64,000 bases of DNA from an uncultured delta proteobacterium (GCA_963827955.1 CAWHDJ010000018.1:1309297-1373296); one strand, 5' to 3'; counted from the stretch's first letter, positions 1 through 8,787 are shown. Notes: generated by a model not told the origin, from the sequence alone. Program-made: numbers and translations.

Positions 1-30
1 GCAGGAGCCCCAGGCGCCGCCGCGGAGGGT

Positions 31-681
31 CTATCGGTGGCACGTCGTGCAATTGGTGAGGCTGCGGATCCCGAGCTCTCTCACGAGCTCACGGCCGAGC
101 TCGAGCTGCTGGTCTCCGGCCGACCAGCTCATGTTCGTGATCTGGTCGAGAGGTCTGATGTATTGCTCGGGGTTCCGGTGGCAATCGAGGCACCACCCCA
201 TCGTCAGCGTGGGGACCTGGTGGACCGCCGCCATCCGGTCCACGCGCCCGTGGCAGGTGGCGCAGCCGAACCCGTGCGAGACGTGGATCGAGTGGTTGAA
301 ATACACGAACCCGGGGACCTGGTAGACGCGGTTCCACGGGATCGGCGCGCCGGAGAAGTAGCTCCTCCGGACGACCTCGAGCATGGGACTTTGATTCCAG
401 ATCTGGGAGTGGCAGCCCATGCACTTCTCCGTGGACGGGATGCCAGCCGTGGCCGCCCGATCGACGGTGTTGTGGCAGTACCGGCAGTCGATGCCGTCGT
501 CACGCGCGTGGTGCCGATGGTCGAACTCGACCGGCTGATCCACGACGTTCCACTGGTCGCGGGCCCACTTGGTTCGCACCCAGATCATCGGGGAGGCGAT
601 GACGCCGAACCCGCCGATGACCGCGGCCGCGATCGCGACCCGGAACGCGGTATTGCTCCACGGAGGGAAGACGGCGGCCAT
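31..681 (-). CDS. membrane-anchored pentaheme c-type cytochrome (alternative complex III ActA-like)
   Basis: ORF 31..876(-). Five CxxCH haem motifs (CRYCH, CMGCH, CATCH, CLDCH, CTTCH) follow an N-terminal TM helix (AAAVIGGFGVIASPMIW). Start placed at the ATG of MAAVFPPW (681). The operon partner would lie off the left edge. Confidence 0.7.
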   Translation of the reverse strand: MAAVFPPWSNTAFRVAIAAAVIGGFGVIASPMIWVRTKWARDQWNVVDQPVEFDHRHHARDDGIDCRYCHNTVDRAATAGIPSTEKCMGCHSQIWNQSPMLEVVRRSYFSGAPIPWNRVYQVPGFVYFNHSIHVSHGFGCATCHGRVDRMAAVHQVPTLTMGWCLDCHRNPEQYIRPLDQITNMSWSAGDQQLELGRELVRELGIRSLTNCTTCHR

Positions 682-1004
682 GGTCCCCGAGCCGCGCGGC
701 TGACAAGCACGCTGCGGCGGGGGGCACGTAGCGCTAGGGGGGGAGAGGAGGGAGGGAGGGAGGGCCGCAATGCGGTTCGGGTTGGACGTGGGGGGTGTAC
801 GGTGGGCGTAGGCGCGAGCGAGGGCGATGCGTCGCGGACGATGTGGTGAGAGCTTCCACCGGAGAGCGGCGCGCACGCCGTCGGCGGCCTGCTTGGTCGT
901 TCAATGTCACTGGAACCGGCGGGGCATCATGCTCAGACGGCGTCGGCTCGGGAGGCGACCTGGAAGCGCACGTGGGGTAGGCGCCTCGGGGAGCGGCGCG
1001 AGCC

Positions 1005-2960
1005 TCAGCGGGGAGGCGCGGCGGACGGTGTGGACACGGGGGATCGCGGCCCCCTCGCCTCGTCCGGGAGCAGGTTCGCGAGCCGGAAGGTCTGGAGGAA
1101 GGCACGCTGCTCGGCGCGCTGGAGTGTGTCCTGGAGGCGCGCCATGAGCACGCCGGGCACGATCACCAGGAAGACGCTGGAGACCAGGAGCCCGATCAGC
1201 GTCGGGAGCGGAGAGAGGGTCACGGCGCGGGGGAGGATGATCATGGCGCCGTCGTGGAAGGCGTACGAGGGCGGGACGAGCCCGGCGATCTCCGCACCGA
1301 ACGAGGCGAGCACCGCGACGGCGCCGGTGACGGCGACGGCGACGCGGAACGAGCTATTGTACGTCATGCAGTAGCCGAGGGTGAACGCCGTGAGGAGCGC
1401 GGGCATGAAAAGGAGCGGGCCGAAGCCGCTCCCGATGCAGACGATCGAGAGGACGTTGCCCAGGTACGCGGCGAAGGCGGCGCGGAACATGGACCGTGGC
1501 GCGGCGCAGCGGGAGGCCACGACCTTCATGCCGGCGGCGGCGAGCGAGAGGGCGACGGCAGCGACGAGGACCGCCGGCGTGCGCAAGCCCATCCAGAGGG
1601 CGATGGGCGTCATCAGGGTGATGCCGGCGAGGTCGGCGCCGATGGCCTGGCGGAGCTGGAGGCGGTTGCGCGCCGCCGCGTGCGCTTCGGTCTCGGCGGC
1701 GACAGCGGCGGGGATCTCGCGGGGGGCGGCGCTCAGCACCCCCGCGACGACGCGCAGCGCGGCGGTGTTGGTCGGCTCGAGGGCCAGCGCGCGCCCTGCC
1801 TCCGCGAGCGCGACGCGCACCGCGTCCTCTGCCGGGGAGCGCCCGGCCGCCTCCTCGGCGGCGCGCGCGTGCGCGGCGGCCGCCTGCCGGCGCAGCTCCA
1901 GATCGCGATCGCCCTCGAGGAAGCGCTCGACGGCGTCGTGCAGCTCCCGCGCGCTCTGGTGGCGCTCTGCCGGATCGACGCAGGTGGCCTTGATGCAGAC
2001 GGCGTCGAGCTCCGGGGGCACGTCACGGTCGGGAGCGCGCTCGGAGGCCTTCGCGTTCACGCCGTCGACGGTGGCCATGAGCATGGCGGCCCAGGTGTCC
2101 TTCTCGTGCAGGGGCGTGAGCGTCAGGATCTCGAAGAGCACGGCGCCGAGGGCGTACACGTCGCTGCGGGAGTCGATGTCGGCGAGGGCGCCGCGGGCCT
2201 GCTCCGGCGGCATGTACCCGCAGGTGCCCATGATCGTGCCGACCTCGGTTCCCACGCCATCGCGCTCGCCGTCGAGGATGGTGTCCCCCGGCGCGTTCAG
2301 GAGCTTGGCGATGCCCCAGTCGAGGACGTACACCTCCCCGTACTCGCCCAGCATCAGGTTGTCCGGCTTGATGTCCCGGTGGATCACCCCTCGGGAGTGG
2401 GCGTAGTCGACCGCGAGGCAGACGGCGGCGAACGCGCCGAGGAGGCGCCGCCGGGGGAAACGCTCCGCGCCCGGGTCGCCGCGCCGCTGCGCCCGGAGGA
2501 TCTCGGAGAGGGTCTTGCCGCGCAGGCACTTCATCGTGAAGAACGCGGTGCCCTCGTCGTCCGCGTCGAGGTCGTGGACGGGGACCACGGCCGGGTGCTC
2601 GAGCTGCCCCTGCACCCTCGCCTCCCGCAGGAAGCGGGCGATGGCGCCTTCGTCCCGCCGCGCCTTCGCGGTCATCCGCTTCAGGGCCACGTCGCGGCCG
2701 ACGTGCACGTCGCGGCACAGGACGACCTCGCCCTGCGCGCCCCTGCCGAGGGTGCGCGTCGGCGCGTACCGCCGTACGCCTGCGGCGAGGCGTGCGCCCG
2801 CGCCGAGGGGCGCGCCGGTGCCCGGGCCCACCGGCGGCGGGGCCGAGGGCTCGAACGCGCCGGGCGGCCGCTCCTGGACGGTTCGGGGCAGGGCAGCGTC
2901 GTCCGAGGGCTCCGGGCTGGGCATGGGGAGATCCTTGCCCATCCGGGAAGCGTGCGGCAA
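1005..2960 (-). CDS. Ser/Thr protein kinase with C-terminal polytopic membrane domain
   Basis: ORF 1005..2960(-). Hanks kinase motifs are present: VALKRM (Lys), HRDIKPDNLML (catalytic loop), DWGIAK (DFG-equivalent) and GTCGYMPPE (APE). About 4-5 TM helices follow after residue ~430. The start is ambiguous (2960, or MGKDLPM near 2939). It is co-directional with and immediately downstream of the RiPP genes. Confidence 0.85.
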   Translation of the reverse strand: MPHASRMGKDLPMPSPEPSDDAALPRTVQERPPGAFEPSAPPPVGPGTGAPLGAGARLAAGVRRYAPTRTLGRGAQGEVVLCRDVHVGRDVALKRMTAKARRDEGAIARFLREARVQGQLEHPAVVPVHDLDADDEGTAFFTMKCLRGKTLSEILRAQRRGDPGAERFPRRRLLGAFAAVCLAVDYAHSRGVIHRDIKPDNLMLGEYGEVYVLDWGIAKLLNAPGDTILDGERDGVGTEVGTIMGTCGYMPPEQARGALADIDSRSDVYALGAVLFEILTLTPLHEKDTWAAMLMATVDGVNAKASERAPDRDVPPELDAVCIKATCVDPAERHQSARELHDAVERFLEGDRDLELRRQAAAAHARAAEEAAGRSPAEDAVRVALAEAGRALALEPTNTAALRVVAGVLSAAPREIPAAVAAETEAHAAARNRLQLRQAIGADLAGITLMTPIALWMGLRTPAVLVAAVALSLAAAGMKVVASRCAAPRSMFRAAFAAYLGNVLSIVCIGSGFGPLLFMPALLTAFTLGYCMTYNSSFRVAVAVTGAVAVLASFGAEIAGLVPPSYAFHDGAMIILPRAVTLSPLPTLIGLLVSSVFLVIVPGVLMARLQDTLQRAEQRAFLQTFRLANLLPDEARGPRSPVSTPSAAPPR

Positions 2961-3098
2961 GTCGGTGCATCCTCGAGGCGCGGCGTACGACGTCAGTCGC
3001 AGCCCGCGGTCTTCCTCATGGAGGCGCTGGCGCTGTACGAGCCGCAGATCGGCTTGGTGCTCCTGGCCGGCGTCGAAGAAAGGGGTCGGTGCGCGGCC

Positions 3099-3995
3099 CT
3101 ACGCCCCCGCGGCCCCCCCGCAGACGCGGCACCACGGCAGCCGGACCAGCGTGCACAGCTTGGTCTCGAAGGTGACGAGGTCCTCGATCAGGATGCGCCC
3201 CCCGAGCATCGACCGCGTGTAGCCGGAGACGATCTTGACGACCTCCGTCGCGACCAGGTGACCGAGGAGCCGCGCCATGATCGCGGTCCGCGCGCCGTGC
3301 GCCGTGCGCTCGCCGAGCGGCGGGTTGAGCGCCTCGGCCGACGCGCAGATCCGGCAGGCCGTCCTGCCCGGCACCGTGAGCGGCCCGATCACGGCGCGGG
3401 CCCCGTCGAGGTGCGACCAGAGCGTGCGGACGCCCGCGCGGTGCGCGATGCTCGCGACGCGGCCCGCCTCGGCCACGTCCTCCGGGGCCAGCGCGGGGAT
3501 GAGGAGGCTCGTCCCGGCGTCGATCTTCCCCTCCGCGAGCCGGTCGATCGCGCCGATGCCCGCCGCGCGGAGCTCCGCGACCGCGACGTCGCCCCAGGGC
3601 TCGTACCCGGCCAGGAGCAGGCGCGCGGAGGCGAGCCGCTCCAGGGCCGCCGAGGGAGCGACCGACCAGCGCTGGAGGAACTCCAGTTGCCCGCGGCGGC
3701 TCTCGTCACGATCGTGGTCCGTCACCTCCTCGACGAGCCCGCGCTCCACGAGCCGATCGAGGAAGCGCGATACGCTCTCGGGCGCGTAGCCGGAGAGCGC
3801 CGCGATCACGGCGCCGCGATCGCGCGACCCGTCGAGGAGCGGCACGATCCGCGCCAGGAACGCCTGGGCGTCGGCGCCCGCGACCTGGAAGGTGCCGAGG
3901 TCGGACCGGACGATGACACCGGCCGACGTGGTGGTGACGCTCGCGGAGCTCCGGAGGAGGATGGGTGTCACGGGCGCGCCTCCTCGTCTGCGGGC
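3099..3995 (-). CDS. E1-like (ThiF/MoeB-fold, Ocin-ThiF-like) RiPP partner protein with N-terminal RRE-like extension
   Basis: C-terminal ~300 aa of ORF 3099..4736(-). Rossmann motif LLLAGYEPWGDVAVAELRAAGIGAI, a CRIC...CRVCGG Cys pair at the C-terminus, and a ~140-aa N-terminal domain (MRRTARRR...). It is a paralogue of the E1 domain at 6150-6838. The N-terminus appears in-frame with sagB only because the sagB C-terminus is frameshifted; the true start is probably near 3995. Confidence 0.6.
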   Translation of the reverse strand, partial: ARRRGGAPVTPILLRSSASVTTTSAGVIVRSDLGTFQVAGADAQAFLARIVPLLDGSRDRGAVIAALSGYAPESVSRFLDRLVERGLVEEVTDHDRDESRRGQLEFLQRWSVAPSAALERLASARLLLAGYEPWGDVAVAELRAAGIGAIDRLAEGKIDAGTSLLIPALAPEDVAEAGRVASIAHRAGVRTLWSHLDGARAVIGPLTVPGRTACRICASAEALNPPLGERTAHGARTAIMARLLGHLVATEVVKIVSGYTRSMLGGRILIEDLVTFETKLCTLVRLPWCRVCGGAAGA

Positions 3996-4736
3996 TGTCC
4001 GACGCATACGACGTAGAACGGCTCCTCGTCCTCCGGCAGTTGCAGGAGGGCGCCGAGCTTCCCGATCGTAGAATCCGCCGATCGCGGTCGGTCCGAGCCC
4101 GATCGCCGTGGAGACGAGGTAGATGTTCTGGCCGACGTGCCCGGCGTCGAGGAAGAGGTGCCGATAGCCACGCTGGCCGTACTTCCACATCGTCCGCTCC
4201 CGGATCGCCGTGATCACGACCACCACGTTCGCGTGGCGGGCGACCTCCTGATCCACCAGGAGATCGACCAGGATCGGCTGCGCGAGCCCAGGGACGACGT
4301 GCTCCAGCGCGTGGTCGCGCGCGTCGTAGTGGTAGATGCCGTCGGCGAGCCCCTCCACGGCCTGCGTCGCGACGTAGAGCTCGAGCGGATAACGCCCGCC
4401 GGCCGAGGGCGCCGGCCGGCGGAACCCCTCCTCGCCCGGCCCGCCCCGCGTGACGCGGACGCCGTACGACGCGTACAGGAGGCGCCCGAGCGTCGGGAGG
4501 GGCATGGGCCGGAGCGTGTAGTTGCGGACCGAGCGCCTCCGCTCGAGCGCGGCGCCGAGCGGCATGTCAATCGCGAAGTCCCTCCCGGGCAAGGCCGTGC
4601 GCGCGGCGCCGGGGTAGGTGCGGAGCTGCGCGGGCTGCCGGTCGAGGTCCATGATCGGCGCGATGATGCGCGCGCGCTCGTGAGAGGAGTGTGTGTGGAA
4701 GAGCCGGGCGACGTCCGCCTCGGTACGCGTTGCCAT
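3966..4736 (-). CDS. SagB-type (McbC-like) FMN-dependent azoline dehydrogenase; apparent frameshift near 4050
   Basis: The N-terminal 230 aa of ORF 3099..4736 carry nitroreductase/SagB motifs (RRSVRNYT, GGRYPLELYV, YHYDARDHAL, YRHLFLDAGHVGQNIYL). The conserved C-terminus IGKLGALLQLPEDEEPFYVVCVGQPADEEARP* is in another frame (ORF 3968..4171(-)). The frame switch falls at the GGFYD|IGKL junction. Confidence 0.75.
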
Positions 4737-4745
4737 CGCTTTGCC

Positions 4746-6838
4746 TCAGGCCATGGGGTGGGGATCGGGGTTGATGCCGCGGGAGGCCATCGCCGAGAGG
4801 CGCGGGTTGCCGAGCCGCTCGAGGCCATGGCCGAAGTGGATCTGCTGGAAGCGCGCGCCGAGGGCGCGGGCCACCCGGATCGGCGTGCCGGCGGAGATCC
4901 GGCGATGTCACGTCGACGATGGCGACGCGGAGCCCCGCGGCGGCGAGGCGCCTGCACAGCACGTCGGACGTGACGGCCTCGGGCTCGGGCAGATCGGCGG
5001 CCGCGACCTCGCCGCCTGCGCCCAGGAAGGCGAGCGCCCCCACGCGGTGCTTCGGCACGTAGTAGAGGGCATGGTCTTCGAGCGTCTGCACGTCCTCGGG
5101 ACGCTGCGGGATGGTCCGCTTTCCCTCCGCGACGAGCCGGCACATCCAGGGCCCGAGGTGGCCCTGCTCGAGCAGCGCCCGCGCGATGGCGGTGCGCGGC
5201 CGGAGGTGCGCGGCCATGGACACCGTGGCGCCGGGCCACCCCTCGCCGTCGCCGTACCCGACGCAGATCACGACGGGGATCCCCGCCCCCACCTCGAGCA
5301 GGTACAGCTCGACCCGCGTCCCGCGCTCCTCAATCTGGCGCGCCGCCTCGCGGGCCGCGGCGTCGACCGTCCGGTCGAGGAGCACGCGCCGCCCCGGGCG
5401 CCGCGTCAGCCACGCGATCATGAAGGCGTCGCGCTCGCAGAGCTCCAGCGCGGCCGAGAGCGCGGCGCGGTCGAGCGTCGGCCCGGCGGCCAGGCCGTTC
5501 GAGGTCACGTCGCAGAAGCGCGCTTCCGGGGTGACGGGGAAGCTCATGTAGGTGGGCAGCGCGGGGACCATCACGGGAGCGCGCGAGTCGAGCCAGAAGC
5601 CGCGCACCCAGTCGATCGTCGTGTACGGAGAGAGGCGCGCGAACGGGAAGCCCGGCTGGGCATACTGGCGGTCGCTGTAGAGGCCGAGATCCTGCGGAGA
5701 GAGGAAGTCGCCCTCCATCTCGGCCACGGCGGCGCGGAGCAACGAAGGGTGGTGGAAGCGGCTCGCCGAGTAACGCTCGACCGCCTCGCCCACGGCGCTC
5801 ACCAGGGCGCGCAGCGCGGTGGTGCCCTTGCCGGAGCCCAGCTCGGGGCCGGCGCAGCACGCCGGCACATCGCCCTCTGCCACGCGCGAGAGGACCGCGG
5901 AGGCCGCGATCGGTACGTCCGGCTCCAGCGGGGACGCCGCCGCGCGGACGACGAGGCCCCGGACGATGCCGGTGCGTCGATCCACGACGCCGGCCAGCAT
6001 GCGCCGCAGCTCCTCCGGATCGCGCGCTCGGTCCATGTCCTCGCCGTTGCCCTCGGGCGCGGCGGCGCCGAAGTGGTACGCCCCGCCGCAGACCGAGCAG
6101 TGCGGCATGCGCAGCACGGCGTGGAAGCTCCGCCTCCATCGTGACCAGGTTCTGGACGCAGAGCCGGCCGAGGAGGGGATGGGATCCGGGGCGCGCGAGC
6201 AGGTCGAGCACCGAGAGCGCGAGGGCATGTCCGAGCAGGGCGGGCATGGACGCGAGGTAGGTGCGGGCACGGGCGCGCGGCCGATCGGAGAGCCACGCGG
6301 CGTGGAGGGCGTGTTCGAGATCGAAGCTCGCGCTGGCGGCGAGGCGCCGGAGGCGACAGCACTCCCAGCACGCCGTCTTTCCCGGCACGACCGCCGGCCC
6401 GACGACCGCGTCGAGGCCGTCGAGGTGGGCGCCGATCGAGGCGAGAGAGGCCCGCTCGGCGAAGCGTGCGACGCTTTGCAGCGCGTGCAGATCGTCGCCC
6501 GGCAGCGCGGCGACGATCAGGTCCCAGCGCGCGTCGGGAAGGGCGAGGGAGCGATCCTGGTCGATCGCCAGCGGCCCCGCGGTGACGACACAGCGTGGCG
6601 CGGCCTCTGCCAGCGACGCGCGGAGCGCCTCCGCGCGCCCTCGCCCGAGGTCCTCTTCGCCGAAGAGGCGGGCATACGCCCGATCGTCGGCGGTGACCTC
6701 CCGGTCGTCGAGGATGTGGAGCGCGCCGAGCCCCGCCGCGGCGAGGTCGGTGGCTGCGACGGCTCCCCATGGCTCGACGCCGCAGAGGAGGACACGCGCG
6801 TGAGAGAACCTTGATTCGATGGACGATGACGTGGACAC
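4746..6838 (-). CDS. E1-like-YcaO fused azoline cyclodehydratase (PatD/TruD-like architecture); two apparent frameshifts
   Basis: The E1-like Rossmann domain lies in ORF 5330..6838(-): ARVLLCGVEPWGAVAATDLAAAGLGALHILD and GKTACWECC, running to ...LVTMEAEL. The sequence continues in the ORF 4567..6270 frame as HAVLRMPHCSVCGG... followed by the YcaO domain (GSGKGTTALRALVSAVGEAVERYSA, ...DRAALSAALELCERDAFMIAW). The YcaO C-terminal consensus GTPIRVARALGARFQQIHFGHGLERLGNPRL...NPDPHPMA* lies in a third frame. Frame switches are near 6140 and 4885. GTG start at 6838. Confidence 0.75.
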
Positions 6839-6849
6839 ACCCGCTCCGG

Positions 6850-6885
6850 AGACGATGGGCGCGCCGCGCGAGATCTCTCGCGCCG
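6850..6885 (-). promoter_or_regulatory. GC-rich near-perfect inverted repeat between precursor gene and modification genes
   Basis: gcgcgccgcgcgaga-tc-tctcgcgccgcgcgc: 15-bp arms with one mismatch, centred on agatct. It lies ~55 nt after the precursor stop (6941) and ~12 nt before the E1-YcaO start (6838). Confidence 0.4.
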
Positions 6886-6940
6886 CGCGCCCGGATCGAA
6901 GATCGCGATCAGCGCACCGGCCTCGCGGCGCTCGCCGCCG

Positions 6941-7168
6941 TCAATGGCAGCCCTCGCAGCGGAAGCAGCGGAAGCAGCCCTCGCAGCGGAAGCAGCCCTC
7001 GCAGCGATGGCAGCCCTCGCAGTGATGGCAGCCCTCGCAGCGGAAGAAATGGGCCGTGGGCAGGTCTTCCGACTCCCCCCCGGCGATGGCCCGGATCGCG
7101 TCGCGGACTTCGTTCAATGACAGATGGAGATCGTCGACCTCCACGGTGGATCTGGTCGTATCGTTCAT
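6941..7168 (-). CDS. RiPP precursor peptide: 42-aa leader + Cys-rich repeat core (RCEGC[H/F])n
   Basis: The ATG at 7168 is preceded by the SD-like tgggggg. The 75-aa product is MNDTTRSTVEVDDLHLSLNEVRDAIRAIAGGESEDLPTAHFF-RCEGCHHCEGCHRCEGCFRCEGCFRCFRCEGCH*. It has 11 Cys in 33 residues. It sits directly upstream of the YcaO/E1/SagB genes on the same strand. The core is encoded by an 18-bp DNA tandem repeat. Confidence 0.8.
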   Translation of the reverse strand: MNDTTRSTVEVDDLHLSLNEVRDAIRAIAGGESEDLPTAHFFRCEGCHHCEGCHRCEGCFRCEGCFRCFRCEGCH

Positions 7169-7405
7169 GGTGCCCCCCACGCGGACACATGGGGCCCGCT
7201 GCCTGGCCCGCAAGCCGTCGCGGGCGCCGCTTCGAGTGTCCGGGGGGCCGGGGACCGCCCTCGTCTCCGCCGCGTACCCGCGTGCGCCGGCTTACCGATC
7301 CACCGCTTTCCTGCGCCGCGGCGTGAGCCGGAGCTCACGCTCGACGTTGATTGGGCGAGGCCCGCCCGATACGCCGTACCGACCTCTTTTCTCGCAAAGG
7401 ATGTC

Positions 7406-8787
7406 ATGTCGGTCACGTCGGCTTCGCGCTTGTCCATCCTCCTCGGCTTCCTCGCCCTCGGCTGCGCGGAGCGCCCCCTCTCCGCCGAAGAGACGATGTC
7501 GTCGAGCGGCCCCGCCATCCACTTCGTGACCGGCGCCGGGGAGGTCACGCGCACCTTCCTTCCCGAGCAGGTCGACGTGAAGCTCACCGGCCTCCCGCCG
7601 GCGAGCCGCGTGACCCTGCGCGCGTCGATGCCCGGCTTCGCGTCGCACGCGACCTTCGTCGCCGACGCGGCGGGCGCGGTCGACGTCGCCGCGCAGGCGC
7701 CCGAGGAGGGCACCTACGAGGGCGCCGACGCGGAGGGGCTGTTCTGGTCGATGCTCTCGACGGGCGCGGCTTCGGCCGGCGAGCCGGAGCACATCGACGT
7801 CGACGTGCGCGCCGAGCTCGAAGGAAAGGTGGTCGCGACCGCCACGCTGGCGCGGGACGACACCGCTCCCGGCGTCGTCGAGACGCCCGTCCATGACGAC
7901 GGCCTCGTCGCCGTCCTCGTCACGCCGGCGGCGCCGGGCCCGCACCCCGCGCTGCTCACGTTCGGCGGATCGGAGGGCGGCATCGACTGGGGCCGGAAGG
8001 CGGCGCGGCTCTACGCCTCCCTCGGCTACACCTGCCTCGGCCTTGCGTACTTCGGCGCGCCGGGGCTGCCGCAGCACCTCGAGGATCTCCCGCTGGAGTA
8101 CTTCGGCAAGGCGCTCGCATGGCTGAAGCAGCGCCCCGAGGTGAAGGCCGACGCCATCGGCGTCATGGGCGTCTCTCGCGGCGGCGAGCTGGCGCTCCTC
8201 CTCGGCGCCCACTTCCCGGACGTGAAGGCGGTCGTCGCCCAGGTGCCGAGCGGCGTGGTCTGGCCGGGCTGGGATCCGGACCAGGCGGAGAACAACACGG
8301 GATCGTGGACGCTGGGCGGAAAGGAGCTCTCCTACGTGAAGCCGAGCGACACACCGCCGAAGTTCACCCGCGACGGCAAGGGACATGAGATTCGAGCACG
8401 ACACCCCCATGTTCACGGGCGCGCTCGCCGCCGCCTCGACGGCGGATCTCGACGCCGCGACCACGCCCATCGAGCTCGTGAAGGGCCCCGTGCTCCTGCT
8501 CGCTTCGGCCGACGATCAGATTCTGGCCCTCGTGCCGGCTCGCCGGCATCGCGATGGACCGCCTCCAGAAGACCGGGCACGCGGACGCCTTCGCCGACGA
8601 CTTCGTCTGCTACCCGGAGGCAGGGCACATCACGGGCACGCCCGGCCTGCCGACCACGGGGCTGCCCCTCCTCGAGAGCCACGCGCACTCCTTCATCGCG
8701 ATCGGTGGCACACCCGCGGGCATCGCCCGCGCGGCGCGCGACGAATTCGAGAAGAAGCGCGCTTTCCTCGCGGCCGCGCTCCAGTGA
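7406..8787 (+). CDS. secreted BAAT/acyl-CoA thioester hydrolase family protein (two apparent frameshifts)
   Basis: Signal peptide MSVTSASRLSILLGFLALGCA. BAAT_C motifs LTFGGSEGG and GVMGVSRGGELALLLG (Ser nucleophile). The continuation is in ORF 8385..8870 (GPVLLLASADDQIL) and ORF 8554..8787 (CYPEAGHITGTPGLP...KRAFLAAALQ*). Confidence 0.7.

Noticed and set aside
1254-4016. 920-aa ORF on the + strand (and similar giants: 40726..43638 +, 51075..54374 -, 26465..27676 +, 44813..46288 -, 27568..29370 +)
   Set aside because: Arg/Gly/Ala/Pro-dominated low-complexity translations lying antisense or out-of-frame to well-conserved genes (kinase, patatin, AKR/lipoprotein, Sushi protein). These are typical spurious open frames in 70% GC DNA.
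3099-4736. SagB and the downstream E1-like protein as a single 545-aa fusion (as the ORF track shows)
   Set aside because: The frame-2 read-through after GGFYD is Arg-rich junk (REARRPPATAGGRGAVLRRMRR). The textbook SagB C-terminus with its own stop is in the neighbouring frame. The fusion is an artefact of a frameshift, and two overlapping genes are more likely.
6819-7213. Plus-strand ORF 6819..7025 (QRKQRKQPSQRKQ...) and minus ORF 6909..7190 (LPSLRGLPSLRG...) overlapping the precursor
   Set aside because: They are alternative-frame readings of the 18-bp core repeat. Only the 6941-7168 minus frame has an SD plus ATG, a leader-like N-terminus and a Cys-repeat core consistent with the flanking YcaO/SagB genes.
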